Shown piece after piece: positions 37,173 through 46,272 of a stretch of 64,000 nt of DNA. The translations under genes were made by a program, and so were the position numbers. Location: positions 71,711 through 135,710 of the forward strand of contig JALHPE010000001.1 of NCBI GenBank assembly GCA_022842645.1. The letters run 5' to 3'. Source of the stretch: Minisyncoccota bacterium. Its GTDB lineage: Bacteria; Patescibacteriota; Minisyncoccia; Phycocordibacterales; UBA2100. A model generated the notes under the pieces. The model saw only the letters and a program-made list of their open reading frames with translations, did not search any database and was not told the DNA's origin. Position 1 is the first letter of the stretch, and the number at the start of each line of letters is the position of its first letter.

Positions 37173-37574
37173 CTAGCGATAGCACGCAAGGAGCGAGGCA
37201 CCTTCGGTGAAGGTTGGTGTTGCGCCGCCTTGAATTTCTGCGAAACGGGCGGCGCCAAGTTTCTCTTGTGCACACGCGATCATAGCTGTAGTAATGGTTA
37301 TCGCATCTGCGTTAATCCCGAGCTTTGTGAGGAGTTCGCGCTGCCCTGCCGAGAGCTGTGTCGTAGGAACAGTGACTGGTTTTTCTTGTGCAGAAGCTGG
37401 TGTGTTAGTCATTTCTTCTTGACCAGCGTCACTGGCTTGCATCGGCACAAAGGATTCTTGAGCGGGAGTTGTCACGCGACTACCGAGCGCAAGATCGGCT
37501 AGAGGAAGGCGCCCCACATACACGCCAGCAGCGAAAGCGGCAAACATGAGAATAAGTATGAGAAATTTTTTCAC
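37173..37574 (-). CDS. Hypothetical secreted protein
   Basis: Signal peptide MKKFLILILMFAAFAAGVYVG. Confidence 0.45.
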   Translation of the reverse strand: MKKFLILILMFAAFAAGVYVGRLPLADLALGSRVTTPAQESFVPMQASDAGQEEMTNTPASAQEKPVTVPTTQLSAGQRELLTKLGINADAITITTAMIACAQEKLGAARFAEIQGGATPTFTEGASLLACYR

Positions 37575-37602
37575 AGTGTGTGCTTATTGAATAACGGCAC
37601 TC

Positions 37603-38346
37603 TTAGCGGAGCGAGAAGTCGGCACGCACCGTCACCATCACATCTTTCATGCGGCTTTGTGTGTCGTAGGAGCCGTAATCAGAGACATCAATACCACCTT
37701 GGGAGAGTACTTGTACGACTCCCGATGATGCGACACGCAATTCTCCCACCGATCGCCCACTCTCTTTTGCAATCGCTTCAGCGCGTTCGCGCGCGTCCTT
37801 GATAGCACCCGCGAGGAGCTTCACGCGGAGCTCAGGAAGTTTTTGATACGTAAGTTCAAGAGGACCAGATGAGAGTGTGTATCCCGTCCCCGTAAGCGAA
37901 CCCATGTCGTTCGCAAGCGCAGTGAGTTTTTCAATGTCGGCACTATGAATCATTATGGCGCGTGATGCGGAAACACCTGTCTGCACCGGCTCGCCTCCCT
38001 GCGGATAGTAATACGTAGCATTGACTGATGCGATTGGTGTTTCGATCTCGGTAAAGCCCTTGCCTCCGAGCGTGTCGCGGATGGTGGAAACCGCTTTCTC
38101 AAGACGATCGATGGCAATCTGTTCCTCTCCAATACCCGCCCTCGTATCGAGATTCAGACTCCAACGCCCAAAATCTGCTGTAACTGTTTCTTTTGCTGAA
38201 CCAGTCACGGTGATGGTGTCGTCGGCAACTTTAATTCCATATGCGACATATCCGGCAAGCAGCGCGCAGATAATGAATGCGCCGCCAAGGATGGTTGATC
38301 CTGCAACAAGTGGTTCTGTGTAATTGATGAGTCCCCGCATGTTCAT
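37603..38346 (-). CDS. SIMPL-domain (DUF541) periplasmic protein
   Basis: N-terminal anchor and SIMPL-family length and pattern (about 240 aa). Confidence 0.7.
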   Translation of the reverse strand: MNMRGLINYTEPLVAGSTILGGAFIICALLAGYVAYGIKVADDTITVTGSAKETVTADFGRWSLNLDTRAGIGEEQIAIDRLEKAVSTIRDTLGGKGFTEIETPIASVNATYYYPQGGEPVQTGVSASRAIMIHSADIEKLTALANDMGSLTGTGYTLSSGPLELTYQKLPELRVKLLAGAIKDARERAEAIAKESGRSVGELRVASSGVVQVLSQGGIDVSDYGSYDTQSRMKDVMVTVRADFSLR

Positions 38347-38473
38347 ACAACTAGTCTACTACCACATGAAAATGTCGCAAACCACCACACTTTGTGAAGA
38401 ACGTTCAACGTCCCTCGCTCCCTATAAAAGACCGCCTGGCATTTAACCGGCGGTCTTTGTCATTTCCACTACC

Positions 38474-38719
38474 TCAAACGTGCGCGCCTGCACGTGCAAT
38501 CCGCGCACGCGCACACGAAACCCAGAACTGCCGCTTATCGGGCGGACGTTCACTCCACAAACGAGGCGGTCTTTTTTCCCATCGCGCGACGACAGCTTCG
38601 CGAGCCTCGTACAGCCGCATCGCGAACACTTCAATACGTTTATTTTTGGGGACAGGAACTCGTGCGAGTGCCAACTGAATCTCGCATATTGCTTTTGGAT
38701 TGTGTAAGCACTTTATCAT
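38474..38719 (-). CDS. Hypothetical small Arg-rich protein (81 aa)
   Basis: ATG with an AAAGGG Shine-Dalgarno, and a hairpin (aagaccgcc/ggcggtctt) plus T-run immediately downstream. Confidence 0.35.
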   Translation of the reverse strand: MIKCLHNPKAICEIQLALARVPVPKNKRIEVFAMRLYEAREAVVARWEKRPPRLWSERPPDKRQFWVSCARARIARAGAHV

Positions 38720-38805
38720 CGTACACCCTTTCTGTTATGCCTACCGACAGCATACGACAACGACACCTGTTTCCAAAGTGAGACACTCGAGCATGTGTTC
38801 ACGAC

Positions 38806-39174
38806 TTAGAACCACGCCTCTAACCACCCACGCATAATCTCCACCTCGCCTGTCTGTGCAGAGATAATATTTTCTCCTAGCATCTTAAGTTCCGGACGCT
38901 GTGTGTTTGCAAGAAGTATCTCTGCCATCTCAATCGCACCTTCGTGATGCACAATCATGTCTTCAAGAAATACTTTATCGAGAGCATCGCCCGTCTTCCC
39001 TTGCATATTTGCTGTCATGCCCTGCATTGCGCCGTGCATAGTTGCATTTTGCATCACCGTGCCATCTGGCATCGTATGTATGCCCGTTTCGGGTGCAGGT
39101 GACGGGACAAAAGATGCGCCGAAGAAGCCAAGTGCGACCGAGACGAGTGCGATTCCAATCATTTTTATATCCAT
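38806..39174 (-). CDS. DUF305-domain secreted protein
   Basis: Signal peptide plus the MIVHHEGAIEMAEIL motif. Confidence 0.7.
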   Translation of the reverse strand: MDIKMIGIALVSVALGFFGASFVPSPAPETGIHTMPDGTVMQNATMHGAMQGMTANMQGKTGDALDKVFLEDMIVHHEGAIEMAEILLANTQRPELKMLGENIISAQTGEVEIMRGWLEAWF

Positions 39175-39177
39175 AAA

Positions 39178-39630
39178 TTAGTTAGTCCCAGCAGGAAGTG
39201 ATTCACACACGCGACCGTCTTTATCGCCGTCGAGCCGGAAGACGTCCATGTTTTTGCCAAGCTCGGAGCAGCGGCTGTAAACACTCATTGCTTCTGCTTG
39301 TGTTTTAAAATCAGAACAGTTGTAATCAATTTCTGCGGAATTACAGAATGAATCAACGTTAATAAGGTTTCCCCCTGCATCGCGCTGAATCTTGGCCGCG
39401 CTCATCGAGCCAGTCTCCCAGGCCTTTCCAAGATCGTAATCAGTATTCGCTACTTCCATGCCGAACGCGCCAAGAAGAAGCGCCATAGCAACGCCAAGCG
39501 CTGCTTTTGCCCAAGTTCCTTTGACGAAGAAGAAAAGAATGGCGACAAGTACGATAAGCCCACCAATAATCCACAGGCGCACCTTCTTGGATTCACGCCA
39601 CGAAGGTTGCTTTATAGAGTCGTTTTCCAT
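39178..39630 (-). CDS. Excalibur calcium-binding domain membrane-anchored protein
   Basis: The C-terminal DGDKDGRVCESLP matches the Excalibur DxDxDGxxCE motif. N-terminal helix. Confidence 0.7.
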   Translation of the reverse strand: MENDSIKQPSWRESKKVRLWIIGGLIVLVAILFFFVKGTWAKAALGVAMALLLGAFGMEVANTDYDLGKAWETGSMSAAKIQRDAGGNLINVDSFCNSAEIDYNCSDFKTQAEAMSVYSRCSELGKNMDVFRLDGDKDGRVCESLPAGTN

Positions 39631-39694
39631 ACCAGGATTTTAGCATGGGGCTGGAGGGGCGCTAGCGCCCCTCCAGCCTCCCTGTATACTTATT

Positions 39695-40171
39695 ATGTAC
39701 ATTATTAATACTATCAATAACGCATACATCTACATGAATATGCTGAATTGCAATTGTGGAAGCGGCTGGAGCGAATACGCACACCTCTTTCTCCGCGTCG
39801 TTTTGGGTCTCGTCTTCTTTATGCACGGCTGGCAGAAAGTGTTTGAAACCGGCATTCCTGGAGTCACTGGCTTTCTTGGAAGCCTGGGCTTCCCTGCACC
39901 AACCTTATTCGCCTACATCCTCGCCTACGGCGAACTCGTCTTTGGCGCGATGATGATCATCGGCCTTCTCACGCACTGGGCAGCGAAGTACCACATCATC
40001 GTTGCACTCGTGGCACTCTTAGCAGTACATGCAGGAAATGGCTTCTTCGTCTCAACCGGCGGTTATGAGTTCATTCTGCTCATCCTCGCGGTTTCCATCG
40101 CAATCTTCGCTATGGGTCCTGGCAAGTATTCAGTGGACGCAAAGTGGGGCAAGGGTCAAGGCGCAATGTAG
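39695..40171 (+). CDS. DoxX-family membrane protein
   Basis: LFLRVVLGLVFFMHGWQK resembles the DoxX signature, with 4 helices. The start may be an internal Met at about 39734. Confidence 0.7.
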   Translation: MYIINTINNAYIYMNMLNCNCGSGWSEYAHLFLRVVLGLVFFMHGWQKVFETGIPGVTGFLGSLGFPAPTLFAYILAYGELVFGAMMIIGLLTHWAAKYHIIVALVALLAVHAGNGFFVSTGGYEFILLILAVSIAIFAMGPGKYSVDAKWGKGQGAM

Positions 40172-40174
40172 TCT

Positions 40175-40723
40175 ATGCAGAATTTCCTCGTTGCGCTCGT
40201 TCTTGTACTTCTCGCTGGTGGTGGGTATTACTTATATACGGCACCGGAACCAACGCCGTCCAACACTGAGAGGGATCGTTCCTCAAATAGCATGCCAACA
40301 GGCATGATGGAGGACGGTACAGAACCCGTAGCACCGACCAATCCTTCGCCGACACCACGTGGTGTTGTTGAAATCGAAACGGATGCGAGCGCTTCTGCAG
40401 GAACGGGCGTTCCGAGCACAGGCGCAAGTGCAACAGCAGAAGCGACACTCAAAGAGATTACCGTCACATCTACTGGTATGGCGTTTAATCAGAAAACACT
40501 CGCCGTAAAGAAGGGCGACCGTGTGCGCATTACCTACACCAACGGTGGTGGCACACACGACCTCCGCATCGAAGGCTACAATGTTGGCACGAAGGTCATG
40601 CAAGGTGGCGTTTCGGAAACATTCGAATTCGTCGCGGACAAAGCGGGTACCTTTGAGTACTACTGCTCAGTAGGAAGTCATCGCCAGGCTGGCATGAAAG
40701 GGACCTTAACGGTCACAGAGTAA
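40175..40723 (+). CDS. Cupredoxin (plastocyanin/amicyanin-like blue copper protein), membrane anchored
   Basis: Type-1 copper ligands: His in GGTHD, then Cys, His and Met in YYCSVGSHRQAGMKG. Located 3 nt after the DoxX gene. Confidence 0.75.
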   Translation: MQNFLVALVLVLLAGGGYYLYTAPEPTPSNTERDRSSNSMPTGMMEDGTEPVAPTNPSPTPRGVVEIETDASASAGTGVPSTGASATAEATLKEITVTSTGMAFNQKTLAVKKGDRVRITYTNGGGTHDLRIEGYNVGTKVMQGGVSETFEFVADKAGTFEYYCSVGSHRQAGMKGTLTVTE

Positions 40724-40775
40724 AATAACTCACGCATAAAGATTGAAGCACCGAGTGATCGGTGCTTCTTTCTTT

Positions 40776-41096
40776 TTAGTGGAGCGGGACTATCTCCAAC
40801 TCCCCATCCATAGCGTGGCTAAGAACTGCTTTCCGCGTGTCAGTGACTGCAATGAGCGTACCATCCGCAGCATGAAGTGAGAAAAGATTCCCTGTCTTAG
40901 GAAGACCCTCCACCATGGGAAACATAGTTTGCGCCTGCTTCGGGGTAAGCACTTTGACGTAACCCACTTCCCCCCTACCCAAGCGCGATAGTTCCAATTC
41001 ACTTATACCAGGACTACTCATGTTCGCCTCCTTGGCTCGAGCTAATCCTTGTATCAGACTAGCAACCCCCATAAAACGCGCAAGCATGTTGTGCAA
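40776..41096 (-). CDS. Hypothetical small protein
   Basis: ORF only. The start may be the internal Met MSSPGISELE. Confidence 0.35.
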   Translation of the reverse strand: MHNMLARFMGVASLIQGLARAKEANMSSPGISELELSRLGRGEVGYVKVLTPKQAQTMFPMVEGLPKTGNLFSLHAADGTLIAVTDTRKAVLSHAMDGELEIVPLH

Positions 41097-41134
41097 GATG
41101 TGCCTCCCCTCCCCGTCTGTCTATACTAATAAGT

Positions 41135-41797
41135 ATGCACCCCCTCATTCTGATCCTCACACTCATTCTACTTGCCACACCATTCGTATTTCCCCAGACA
41201 CCACTTGAGCCAAGTACGTCAGTGCAAGAGATTGCCGTGGTACAGGAAGAAAAACCCGCCGAACTACCGCAAGGAGCGATTGCTGACGAACCAAAACCGA
41301 TTGCAAAAACAGCACGTCCTTTGCCTCCCCCACCGCCGAAGAAAGAGTCGGTGCAAACCAAACCCACATTCCCTCCAGGTGACTCGCTCTCATTCCTACT
41401 TGAAGAAAAGATTCTTGTTTTCACAAACACCGAACGCTCACGCCGCAATCTCCAAACACTCGAACCAAATACCGTTCTTGCCAGTACCGCGCGAATGCAT
41501 AGCGCGGACATGCTCGCACGCGATTATTTTGAGCATGAAAACCCTGATGGCTGCTCATCTTCTTGTCGCGCAACAAACGCAGGATATGCATGGCGCATGA
41601 TTGGAGAAAATCTCTATATGCTCGAAGGCTTTGATTTCTCCACAGACGAAACCGCAGCGATGATAGTTTCCGGCTGGATGGAATCTCCCGGGCATCGCGC
41701 AAATATTTTAAAAGAAGGCTACACGGAAACCGGCGTTGGGGTGATTGTGAAAGGAAGTGCAATCTACGCCACCGTCCTCTACGCCACCCCACGCTAA
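41135..41797 (+). CDS. CAP/SCP/PR1-like domain secreted protein
   Basis: Signal peptide, a Pro-rich linker, and a CAP domain (TNTERS...HSADML..DYFEH...GEN...GHRANIL). Confidence 0.75.
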   Translation: MHPLILILTLILLATPFVFPQTPLEPSTSVQEIAVVQEEKPAELPQGAIADEPKPIAKTARPLPPPPPKKESVQTKPTFPPGDSLSFLLEEKILVFTNTERSRRNLQTLEPNTVLASTARMHSADMLARDYFEHENPDGCSSSCRATNAGYAWRMIGENLYMLEGFDFSTDETAAMIVSGWMESPGHRANILKEGYTETGVGVIVKGSAIYATVLYATPR

Positions 41798-41800
41798 CCC

Positions 41801-41825
41801 ATGTGGGACTTCGTAAGTCCCACAT
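41801..41825. repeat. REP-like palindrome, family A copy 2 (atgtgggact tcgta agtcccacat), inverted relative to copy 1
   Basis: Read from the sequence. It sits between two convergent genes. Confidence 0.7.
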
Positions 41826-42736
41826 CAAGAACCACGGAGTATAGTGTCGCTGATGGTGCCTACTTTTTTGCGGAGGAAGTCTGTCGCGGCCTCGAAGGTG
41901 ACGGTTGCAAGATCATCGTTCGGATCTGCTGCCTTGTAGGCTGTTTGGATCGCTTCATCAATTTCCTCTGCAAGGTTTGCGCGGGAGAAAAACGTACGAA
42001 GGAACCAGCGATACCACGGAAGCTTCACCGAGACACGCTCTTCGAGAGTTGGCGCGGCGGGAATGATGGAGACGCGCACTGGGAACGACCACGGGAGAAA
42101 GCCCAGTAGATAACCACGCGAACGATACACAATATCGACGCGCGTTGCGGAAAGTGTTGCTTCTTCAAAGTTGGAATCGCGCACAGCTGTTGAAGCGGCG
42201 ATGAGTCCGCGCTCGCGCGCCGAGGCGCCATTTCCTCTCTTCCAAAACGTCAGAAACTCTGAGAATGTGCTATTTTCCCTGAAGATATCGCGCACACGAG
42301 ACGCAACAATGCGCACGAATCCTCCCTCGAAATCAATACCGCCGGAACCGAGGACACCTCCCTCTCCAAACGAACCAAAGAGCGCGCCGCCAGTCAGAAG
42401 CGCGTTCCACACCGTCTCTTCGCTGGCAGCACCTGAGCCTGAATTAGAACCTGCGCCTGAACCGCTTCCGGTTCCCTGCGAGCTACCTGGATTCGTACCC
42501 GGCGTAGTCGTTGGCGTTGATGTGGGTGTCGAAGCGCCACTACCTACACCCGTGCCAGAACCTCCAGAAGAACCTGAGCCACCTCCGCCAGTATTCACTC
42601 CCCCCACCCATCCCGGTGGTTCCGGCGGCTCGCCATCTCCCACTTCAATCGTTTCGGTGTTGTTATAAAAAATCGCATGCGCGGAGAGTGGCAGGATGCA
42701 CAGTACAAAAAGAAACGCGAATATCCCCTTTCGCAT
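41825..42736 (-). CDS. Secreted protein with a Gly/Ser/Thr-rich low-complexity region
   Basis: Signal peptide MRKGIFAFLFVLCILPLSAHA, about 100 aa of G/S/T/P repeats, and a C-terminal globular part. Confidence 0.5.
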   Translation of the reverse strand: MRKGIFAFLFVLCILPLSAHAIFYNNTETIEVGDGEPPEPPGWVGGVNTGGGGSGSSGGSGTGVGSGASTPTSTPTTTPGTNPGSSQGTGSGSGAGSNSGSGAASEETVWNALLTGGALFGSFGEGGVLGSGGIDFEGGFVRIVASRVRDIFRENSTFSEFLTFWKRGNGASARERGLIAASTAVRDSNFEEATLSATRVDIVYRSRGYLLGFLPWSFPVRVSIIPAAPTLEERVSVKLPWYRWFLRTFFSRANLAEEIDEAIQTAYKAADPNDDLATVTFEAATDFLRKKVGTISDTILRGS

Positions 42737-42777
42737 GTAATAACTGTAGCATGCGGGCGGCGCCGGACGCGCCGCGC

Positions 42778-43407
42778 CTACAGAGCGTGATATAAAAGCA
42801 GTGCAAGAAGTGAATAGGTGGCTATGTTCACCGGATTAGAGCGCGCAAACATCTTAAGGGAACCGCCGAGGACATCGCTGCGCACAAACGGGAGGCCCTC
42901 AAGCGTAACGCCGTCGTACACTTCGTCGAGCATAAGATGTGTGAGGTAGCCAAGCGCCATCGCACCACCAAAAAGAAATGCGTGCGTCTCAGAAAGGCCA
43001 TACTCGCGCGCCAGCACGAACGCTCCTAATCCCGCTATCGCGAGCGCAGGAAGCGAGTGGAACATGCCGCGGTGGTGCGTGAGCCTCTTTATGATAGCGC
43101 CCACTACGAACCACGTGAACGCAACTGCTCCCACAGGCACACCCACAAGAAAACGCCAATCGGTTGTAAGCGGAAGCGCGTAGAGAAGTGCAACTCCTCC
43201 CACACTTACCGTCATCGCCCCAAACACAAGATAAAAAGGCATGCTCGAATCGCTATCAACGTCTGGCAAAAATGACCCGATCACTGCCGTAAGAAACAAG
43301 AGTCCGAGAAGTGCCACATCTGTCGCAAATGCATAGACATACACAACCACGACAAAAAGTACCGCGGTCACGGCCCCCCAGCCGATATGCTCGCGGAACA
43401 TCGCCAT
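42778..43407 (-). CDS. YdjM-family membrane-bound metal-dependent hydrolase
   Basis: Polytopic with conserved His residues (HHRGMFHSLP, THLMLDE). Confidence 0.55.
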   Translation of the reverse strand: MAMFREHIGWGAVTAVLFVVVVYVYAFATDVALLGLLFLTAVIGSFLPDVDSDSSMPFYLVFGAMTVSVGGVALLYALPLTTDWRFLVGVPVGAVAFTWFVVGAIIKRLTHHRGMFHSLPALAIAGLGAFVLAREYGLSETHAFLFGGAMALGYLTHLMLDEVYDGVTLEGLPFVRSDVLGGSLKMFARSNPVNIATYSLLALLLYHAL

Positions 43408-43408
43408 G

Positions 43409-44551
43409 CTACACCTCGCGGAAAGTAGTGATTGTCATCGTCTGATTATGCAAAAGACATTGACGCTCACCTTCAGGGCCTGGGCAGAGCTCTCCGTAAG
43501 AATAGAAACCTGCAACATACGCTTGTGCACCGAGAGTGGTACGCACAGCATTCACCTCTTCTGGGATACGTTCACCAAACACGAGTTTGCGCCCGACACA
43601 ACTCACGAGAATCGCAAGCTCGGGGGTAGCGAGACCCATCTGTCGCATACTTAACGACGCTGCAGTGGAAGCGCCGGCAATAAGTTTATCAAGTGTTGCT
43701 TTCATAAATTCAACTTCGGTTCCCTCGGGCATGTCCCCCGCAAATGTCATACTCTGATCCGCTTCATTGACGCCTAGAATCGTACGAACGAAATCCGCTT
43801 GCGATGCAGTGTGGAGCTTGAGTGGAAATAAAAGTGCCGAACTCGGAAGTCCAGAAACTTTTTCGCCCAAATATTCTTTGTAGATTGCGAGCGCTGGTTT
43901 TCCATCCATCTCATAGAGTACGTTCCCTTTTGATTTAGTGATGGTGTGCTTCCCGCCACCACCCTCCCACCCTCCCATTGAGCCATATCCAACCTTCAAA
44001 GAATCACCATAAAATCCAAGAAGTACGACCTTGCGCGCTTCACCTGGACTGTCCCGTCCCACTGCAGTTTCTTTAAAGTCTGTACCGTCACCCACGAGCC
44101 CACCCGTCACAGTAACGGAAACAGGTAGGTTGTCGTTAATCCCCTTTACTAAAAGTGAACCGTTCACGTTGAGGCCATCAGAAAAGACCATCGCGTGCAC
44201 CAAGCCCTCCACAGGAAGAAACTCCGCGAGTCGCTTACCCACACCCAAACTTTCTTCTACTGTAGGAATGGTTGTTTCGGTAAAACGCACGAGTGATTTT
44301 TCAAAATGCACCGCCGTAAGCGCAATAGAACCTTCGCGCACTTCGGTTCCCAGAATTTCTCCCGCCGTGGAACACATGACGATATAGGCACCCGGATAAA
44401 AATTGCGGATCTGTTGGTACACGGTACCCTGCGTAACTAGTGCACGAGCACCAAAGACAAACACCACTTGCGGCGCGCCGCCGCTAGGAACGTGCGTTGT
44501 CGTCTCCCACCCCTTTTCACTTGTCCAAAGTTTTTGTTCTACGTGGATCAT
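43409..44551 (-). CDS. FIST-domain (FIST N + FIST C) sensory protein
   Basis: Two-lobed layout and a C-terminal GFYSYGEL motif typical of FIST_C. Confidence 0.65.
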   Translation of the reverse strand: MIHVEQKLWTSEKGWETTTHVPSGGAPQVVFVFGARALVTQGTVYQQIRNFYPGAYIVMCSTAGEILGTEVREGSIALTAVHFEKSLVRFTETTIPTVEESLGVGKRLAEFLPVEGLVHAMVFSDGLNVNGSLLVKGINDNLPVSVTVTGGLVGDGTDFKETAVGRDSPGEARKVVLLGFYGDSLKVGYGSMGGWEGGGGKHTITKSKGNVLYEMDGKPALAIYKEYLGEKVSGLPSSALLFPLKLHTASQADFVRTILGVNEADQSMTFAGDMPEGTEVEFMKATLDKLIAGASTAASLSMRQMGLATPELAILVSCVGRKLVFGERIPEEVNAVRTTLGAQAYVAGFYSYGELCPGPEGERQCLLHNQTMTITTFREV

Positions 44552-44784
44552 TCGCTAAGTATACCTCTCTTTGGAGGGCGTTTCTCGTCTTCTTTCTTCC
44601 CCCACTGCACAAGTGCGTTTTTAGGGGATTTGTGTCCCACATACCCACCCCCGCGCTGTTTATAGAGAAGCACCGCATGCTGCATCGCGCGTGCGGAAAA
44701 CTTCCCCATTTTTTGCACCGCCTCTTTTTTGCAGAGCTCCCAGAGTGATGGATCAGTGCGTGTTGGTCGTGAATTTTTGACCAT
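44548..44784 (-). CDS. Small basic hypothetical protein (78 aa)
   Basis: ATG verified. A 4-nt overlap with the FIST gene suggests cotranscription. Confidence 0.45.
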   Translation of the reverse strand: MVKNSRPTRTDPSLWELCKKEAVQKMGKFSARAMQHAVLLYKQRGGGYVGHKSPKNALVQWGKKEDEKRPPKRGILSE

Positions 44785-44798
44785 AGTGCAAGTGTATA

Positions 44799-45524
44799 TT
44801 ATCGGCGCACATCAATCCGCATAAAATCGTGTGGTAGCGACGCTTCAAATACTAAAGGCTCACCAAAAAGAGAAAGCTCGATACGAAGCGCGTGGAGCGC
44901 GAGGCGAGTAAACTCCAGAAGCGCGGGTTTCCCCTCACCATAGAGATTATCGGCGATAATCGGATGCCCGATTGAGGAAAGATGTACGCGAATCTGGTGT
45001 GTGCGTCCAGTTTGCGGCTTAACCTCAATAAGAGAAACGGGCTCTCCTCCTTCTGCCGACAGATGTCGCAGAGGCCGCCACGCAGTAATCGCCGCACGCG
45101 GATGTTCTTTTGTGCATGGTTTTGCGAACCAGCGCTTGGGCGCCTCGCTCGTACGTGCGATTTCTGCCACAATCTCCCCCTCGTTCTCCATGTGCCCGTG
45201 TACGTATGCGAGATAGGTTTTCTTCACCCGCCGCGCCCTAAATTCTTCTTTAAGTGCCACAAATGTTTCCTCGTCCTTCGCCACTAAAACCACGCCACTC
45301 GTCTGCTTATCCAAACGATGTACTACACCATTCAAGGGAACCTCCTCTCCCTGCGGCGAAACCCACGCACCGCCAACGCCGCGCAGTTCAGGGTACCGCT
45401 CCCCCACCCACTCAGAAAGCGAGGTCTCTTCATTTCTTCCATCGCGGTGCGTAATAAGCCCCGCAGGCTTTGCGATGGCGAGGAGGTTTGGCGTTTCAGC
45501 GATAATCGCTACGAGATTTTGCAT
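44799..45524 (-). CDS. RluA-family pseudouridine synthase
   Basis: Catalytic HRLDKQTSGVVL motif and C-terminal QIRVHL. ATG at 45522-45524. Confidence 0.8.
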   Translation of the reverse strand: MQNLVAIIAETPNLLAIAKPAGLITHRDGRNEETSLSEWVGERYPELRGVGGAWVSPQGEEVPLNGVVHRLDKQTSGVVLVAKDEETFVALKEEFRARRVKKTYLAYVHGHMENEGEIVAEIARTSEAPKRWFAKPCTKEHPRAAITAWRPLRHLSAEGGEPVSLIEVKPQTGRTHQIRVHLSSIGHPIIADNLYGEGKPALLEFTRLALHALRIELSLFGEPLVFEASLPHDFMRIDVRR

Positions 45525-45534
45525 GTGTATGCTC

Positions 45535-46272
45535 TCAGGGCTGTGCGTGTGTTCGGCGAGACCGCGCGTGAGATGCTTGCGTCGTATCAACTATCTTTCC
45601 ATCATCGATACGCACAATACGCTCGGCAAGTGCACCATATTCATCCTCGTGAGTGACCATAATGATCGTTTGACCATCTGCATGGAGCTCTTGAAAGATA
45701 TCGAGCACTGACGCGGATGATTCTCTGTCAAGATTTGCCGTGGGTTCATCAGCAAAAAGAATACTCGGCGTGTGTGCAACTGCGCGCGCAATAGCCACAC
45801 GCTGCTGCTCACCACCAGAGAGTTTCGAAGGAAGACTCCCGAGACGCTTCTCAAGCCCAACCTTTATAAGCGCGTCTGCAGCACGGGTCTCTGCACTTGC
45901 ACGATCGAGACCTTGCATGAGAAGCGGCACGGCAACATTCTCAATAGCATTGAGCTCTGGAAGCAACGCATATTCCTGAAACACATAGCCGAACGTACGG
46001 AGTCGAAAACGCACCTTTTCACTCTCATTCATGGAGAGTGCATCGACTCCATCTATGAAAATTGACCCGGATGTTGGCACATCGAGCAGGCTCATATGAT
46101 ACATGAGTGTCGATTTGCCTGCGCCAGAGCGTCCCATAATTGCAATAAACTCCCCTGTCTTTACCGTGAGATCGATACCTTTCAAGACAGGGGTGATGAG
46201 TTCCCCAGTGACAAACGTTTTGGTAAGTGCTCGTACTTCAATCATATCAATTCCGTCCCAAGATCGAATCAA
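45535..46272 (-). CDS. ABC transporter ATP-binding protein (MacB/LolD-like)
   Basis: Walker A GRSGAGKST, LSGGEQQR, and Walker B ILFADEPT. Confidence 0.85.
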   Translation of the reverse strand: MIRSWDGIDMIEVRALTKTFVTGELITPVLKGIDLTVKTGEFIAIMGRSGAGKSTLMYHMSLLDVPTSGSIFIDGVDALSMNESEKVRFRLRTFGYVFQEYALLPELNAIENVAVPLLMQGLDRASAETRAADALIKVGLEKRLGSLPSKLSGGEQQRVAIARAVAHTPSILFADEPTANLDRESSASVLDIFQELHADGQTIIMVTHEDEYGALAERIVRIDDGKIVDTTQASHARSRRTHAQP

